Shown here piece by piece: positions 34,563-38,761 of a stretch of DNA of 38,761 bases. The number at the start of each line of letters is the position of its first letter. Within the stretch, counting starts at the first letter, position 1. The notes beneath the pieces were generated by a model. The model did not search any database, was not told where the DNA came from, and saw nothing but the letters and a program-made list of their open reading frames with translations. Made by a program: the position numbers and the translations under genes. Origin of the DNA: Octopus bimaculoides (taxonomy: Eukaryota); the NCBI RefSeq assembly GCF_001194135.2, contig NC_068988.1, forward strand, positions 77,947,254 through 77,986,014, written 5' to 3'.

Positions 34563-34950
34563 CATATGTTACAACACTAGAGCTCTCCTGTTGGTATGTA
34601 TGAGCCAGTGTAGAAGTGTAGTCAAGATGTGGAGAATAATGAAGGGATTTAGATCACTATTTCACATTCCTATACAGTACTTTAAATCATTTTCTCTCAG
34701 CAGTAAATTCAAGTTACACAGAGTTCAACTTGGATTTTCATCCTTTAAAGGTTCCATAAAAATAAACCCCTACCATATATTGCAGAGAGATTTAACAGAA
34801 TATATTTTTCTGTAATGTAAGCTTTTTACTGTGCATATTAATTAAGGACACTGCACAATGGACAAATGTCTCATTAACGACAATTCCTTAGCCAAATCAG
34901 TAATATATAGAAGTAAAGTCCATACTGATATCCCTCTAGAAATAAAATTT

Positions 34951-35262
34951 AAACTTATACTGGGGCAGCACAAAACAGCCTCAAGAAGCAAGTTTTCCAG
35001 CACAAGAATTAATTTAAATATCCAGAGAATAGGTTCTTCTGTCAGATACCTTGAAAAGACAGTTATTTCACCAGTTAACATTAGCTGTGTTGCATAACAT
35101 GGATGTTAGCTCAAATAAGTGCTATATCTAGCACCCTCACCTGATCCTTGAGTACTTTTAGCAGAGTGCCTCTAATAGAACCATTCAAACCTGAATTCCT
35201 TGTTTCTTTATGTTCTCTTCCATCACAAACTTTTCCTGCAGACATACATTTGAAGCTGTCCA
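34951..35262 (+). repeat. Unclassified dispersed repeat, copy 2
   Basis: Direct paralog of 33471-33770, offset 1480 bp. Confidence 0.85.
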
Positions 35263-35952
35263 ATCTACCTGTAGCTATCCAATGCTACCAGGTTGAGAGG
35301 AATACATGCAAAGGACATGAGGCCTGACCATCTCACTCCATCACTCTAACTTATTGAACAAGATAAAATGGAAATCTTTTGCAAAGAAATTTCTCTGAAA
35401 CACTATTTTAAAACACACATCTGGTGAAATCATCAATGCTAATTAAAAACATTGGAAAATGTTAATTTATGAATCTTTCAAAGATTTTTACCTCATCTCT
35501 CCAAAATTATTCAAAACATTTGTCAAAATATTCCTGAATCAAGGAAAAATCTCAAGATAGTAATCACGGTTTTCTTCAATTTCAAAGTTGAACACATTTT
35601 TTTTAACAATTTCTCTCTTCAAAATCTTTCCACATTTAGAAATTCATGCAAGAATATTCATTTCAGATATTTATCATTTGATAGATGTCACATCTCTATT
35701 TATTTTCTTGGATTAAATATATATGAATTTCATTTATTCTTCCACGTGTGTGTTTGTTACTCTCTCCTTCACTCTCTCTCTCTCTCCCTACCACTCTTTC
35801 TTATATCTTTCTCGCTTTCCCTCTCTCCATTACTTTTCTCTTTTGTATACTTTCTCTATCTCCATTCTGAATATAGACTCATATATTCATAGCAAAGGCA
35901 TATGCATGTAGACATACAAACAAATACATACATACATACATACATATATATA

Positions 35953-36002
<50 letters not shown>

Positions 36003-36620
36003 CAAACATAAATTAAATAGAGAGATACTACTGACAATCCAATAATTTATTTATAATATTACATAATATACTATGATTATCATATAACATAATATTATAT
36101 AACAAACAATTATCAAAAAAGTATAAAAGACCAACAAATTGTTTCGACTTTATACATTTTCTGATATAGATACACAATAACAGTTCCCTTATATATAAGT
36201 CACTACAGGGTCATGGTTTAAAGATAGACAAAATTCTGTATGAAAAGAAATATAATAGAAAAGTATCCAATTTATTTGTAAATAGTAATGATATGATTAA
36301 CAATAGTATTAATATTAATAAAAACAAGAGTAGTAAATATGCCCTGAATAACAATGAATATTGAAATAAACTTAGGTCTAATGATAATAAATATACACCA
36401 TATTCCAACCCAAATATACCTAATGATGTTAAGTATAATGAACATAATTATATTTGGTTTATCATTCCTTACGTATGACACATAAAAATGAATCTGATCA
36501 AGCTATTTTATAGATCTATATCTAAACACTTTAATAAAGAACATAGATATTATAAAATAATTAATAATAAAAGGATTAGAATAGGTTTTTCAGTATCTAA
36601 AAATTTGTTTAGAATTATCT

Positions 36621-36796
36621 CCGATGCTGGTGTGTTTACATCCCTGTAACTTAGCAGTTCAGCAAAAAAGACCGATAGAATAAGTACTAGGCTTATAAAG
36701 AATAAGTCCTGGGGTCGATTTGCTTGACTAAAGGCGGTGCTCCAGCATGGCCACAGTCAAATGACTGAAACAAGTAAAAGTGTAAAGTGTAAAAGT
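36621..36796 (+). mobile_element. SINE family 1, 3' module only (5'-truncated)
   Basis: CCGATGCTGGTGTGTTTAC... through tail AAGTAAAAGTGTAAAGTGTAAAAG. Confidence 0.88.
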
Positions 36797-38635
36797 ATAT
36801 GATGATTGTTTCATCTTGACAGCTGCTAGTTGTCCCATCGACGCACACATCACATCCCATTACACAACACAATCATTCTGTTATTGAGCCCTCAGATGAC
36901 TTTTAAGACTAGCTGCTGACTGACAGGGTTTATAACACAAGACACAAATATTATTCAAGTTTCTTCTACATCTTTGCCCTTTGAAATTTGATTCTGAAAG
37001 AATGTTTTTGTGAACTAGCATATGTAATTTAAGTCCAGATATTGTCTTTCAAGTTTTGTGACATATGACACAAGTCGTCAGAAGTGGTTGTTGTTCAAGA
37101 TTATTACCTATCTGGGCATTTCAATTTTCATGTGACTTCATATGATGCACATATCCTGCTTTTGACAACAGAACATGGTCACACATAATACACATCCAAT
37201 GTTCACTGTTGATTTCAGTTCCGATTGTTCCTTTGTGACAGGCCCTTTTAAGCTCAGAGTGCTGAATCATCTTTTCCCTCAGACATTGAACCAGTCCTAA
37301 CAGCACCTCTCCACTTGTTCCGATCCAGAACATTAATTTCCGATCACTTTTGTTCATATCTAGTTTCTTCAGGTTTTCCTTCACACAGTCTTTATATCTT
37401 TTCCTTGGCTTATGCTGTGGTTGCTTACCAGAGTTGATTTCACCATAAAAAAGACGCTTTGGCAGTCACTCATTTTTCCTTCTGGTAACATGTCCAGCTC
37501 ATCTCATCTGAGCCAAGATGACATGTTCAATTGAGCTACAATGTGCCATGTGCAAACCTTCTGTATCTGGTATGAGACATTCTCACTTGACTCCCAAGAT
37601 ACGTCTGAGGCACTTTCGATGAAATCTCTTCAGTATTTTTATATGACACCTGTAAATGATCCGTGTCTCACTCATATAAAGAAATGCAGTCAATGCACAC
37701 GTTCTATAGACACTGATGTTTGTCTGCAGGGAAATATGTCTATCCACTTATACTCACTTTTCGAGCTTTCCAAATGCAACACTTCCCTTCCCTATTTGAT
37801 AGTATATCTCTGCATCAAGACCACCAAAGTGCCAATGACTTCTAATCTTGTTCCATTCACAAATATGTTTGGTTCACAATATGTTTGTCCTGGTGCAGGA
37901 ATAAACAATACTTTGGTTTTCCCCAAACTAATTGTGAGTCCAAAATGTACACATGCAGTGGGAAATCTGTCCATTAAATGTTGCATATCCCCCTCTGAGT
38001 GTGCCAATAAATCGGCATCATCAGCATAAAGTAATTCTCTAACAAGTGTTTTGAATGTCTTTGTTTTGCAGTTAAACTAGGTTAGATTAAAAATGTGATC
38101 AGATATCTGAAATCTGATTCTGATTCCCTTATTGCAATCATTGAAAGCATACCAAAGCAATGTAGCAAAATAAATAGAGAAAAGTGTAGGGGCAGGAATA
38201 TCCCCCTGTTTGACATCATTGCCCACTGAAAATTCATGAGATAGATCACCATTAATGACTATTCGAACTTTCATGTTTCTGTGTTGTTCCTTAAAGATGC
38301 TCACAAAATGTGTTGGGCAACCAAGTTTACACACAACAGCCCACAGTACCTCCCTTTTTACCATGTCAAATGCCTTAGTTAAATCTATGAAGACCTGGTA
38401 TAGTGGCACTTGTTCCTCTAAGCATTTCTTTTGAACCTGCCTCACAGAAAATATGTCCATTGTTACTGGCACAGGTCTGAAACCACACTGTTCTTCAGGA
38501 ACCACATGAGGATATGCATTCTAAAAGAGACGATCTAACATGAACCTTGAAAGTATCTTTCTGGAATGTGCCAGGAGGGTTATCCCTCTAGAATTACCAC
38601 ACACTGCTTTTGGGCCCTCACACTTGTATACAGAG
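36797..38635 (-). mobile_element. RTE-clade (BovB-like) LINE, 5'-truncated, with RT, C2H2-like finger and 3' end
   Basis: GNSRGITLL, PEEQCGFR, FIDLTKAFD, VKQGDIPAPTLFSI, LLYADDA, FGLTIS..KTKV, C-terminal CIMC...HHMKSH; 3' end ...GATGAAACAATCATCATA at ~36800. Confidence 0.9.
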
Positions 38636-38654
38636 ATTAGAATGTATATCTACC

Positions 38655-38676
38655 CATATATACACACACACACATA

Positions 38677-38761
<85 letters not shown>
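38655..38761. repeat. (TA)n/(TG)n microsatellite
   Basis: Direct reading. Confidence 0.95.

Noticed and set aside
38018-38024. CTGATGA on the minus strand
   Set aside because: Codes for ADD in the RTE YADD motif; no hammerhead helices.
37541-38029. 162-aa plus-strand ORF
   Set aside because: Antisense shadow of the RTE LINE RT on the minus strand.
37-38761. Many ORF-track entries rich in YI/CV/HT or X residues
   Set aside because: They are translations of (TA)n, (CA)n and (TATG)n microsatellites or of N-gaps, not genes.

Overview
This is repeat-dominated, AT-rich, non-coding animal genomic DNA with ten N-gaps, most of them next to microsatellites. The SINE families and the (TA)n/(CA)n/(TATG)n load suggest an octopus/coleoid cephalopod (inference; not searched). 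I found no intact host gene or credible host exon. Recognisable content is decayed transposable elements: two tRNA-headed SINE families; RTE-clade LINE pieces (21150-22944 +, 36797-38635 -, 3700-4110 +); three R4/Dong-clade pieces; a mariner 5' fragment; two Helitron-derived elements with recognisable termini; and Penelope-like element (PLE) pieces (RT N-terminal region 8604-9345, GIY-YIG 13590-14066). The most notable signal is six type I hammerhead ribozyme motifs (CUGAnGA...GAAA...NUH, short or palindromic stem III) in five mutually unrelated sequence contexts: 2441-2529, 8294-8371, 14564-14630, 15070-15135, 23144-23206 and 29781-29916. There are also four long fold-back structures (12537-12844, 14271-15286, 24347-24741, 27245-27979). 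All calls come from manual reading, translation and base-pairing; no folding program, alignment or database search was run.
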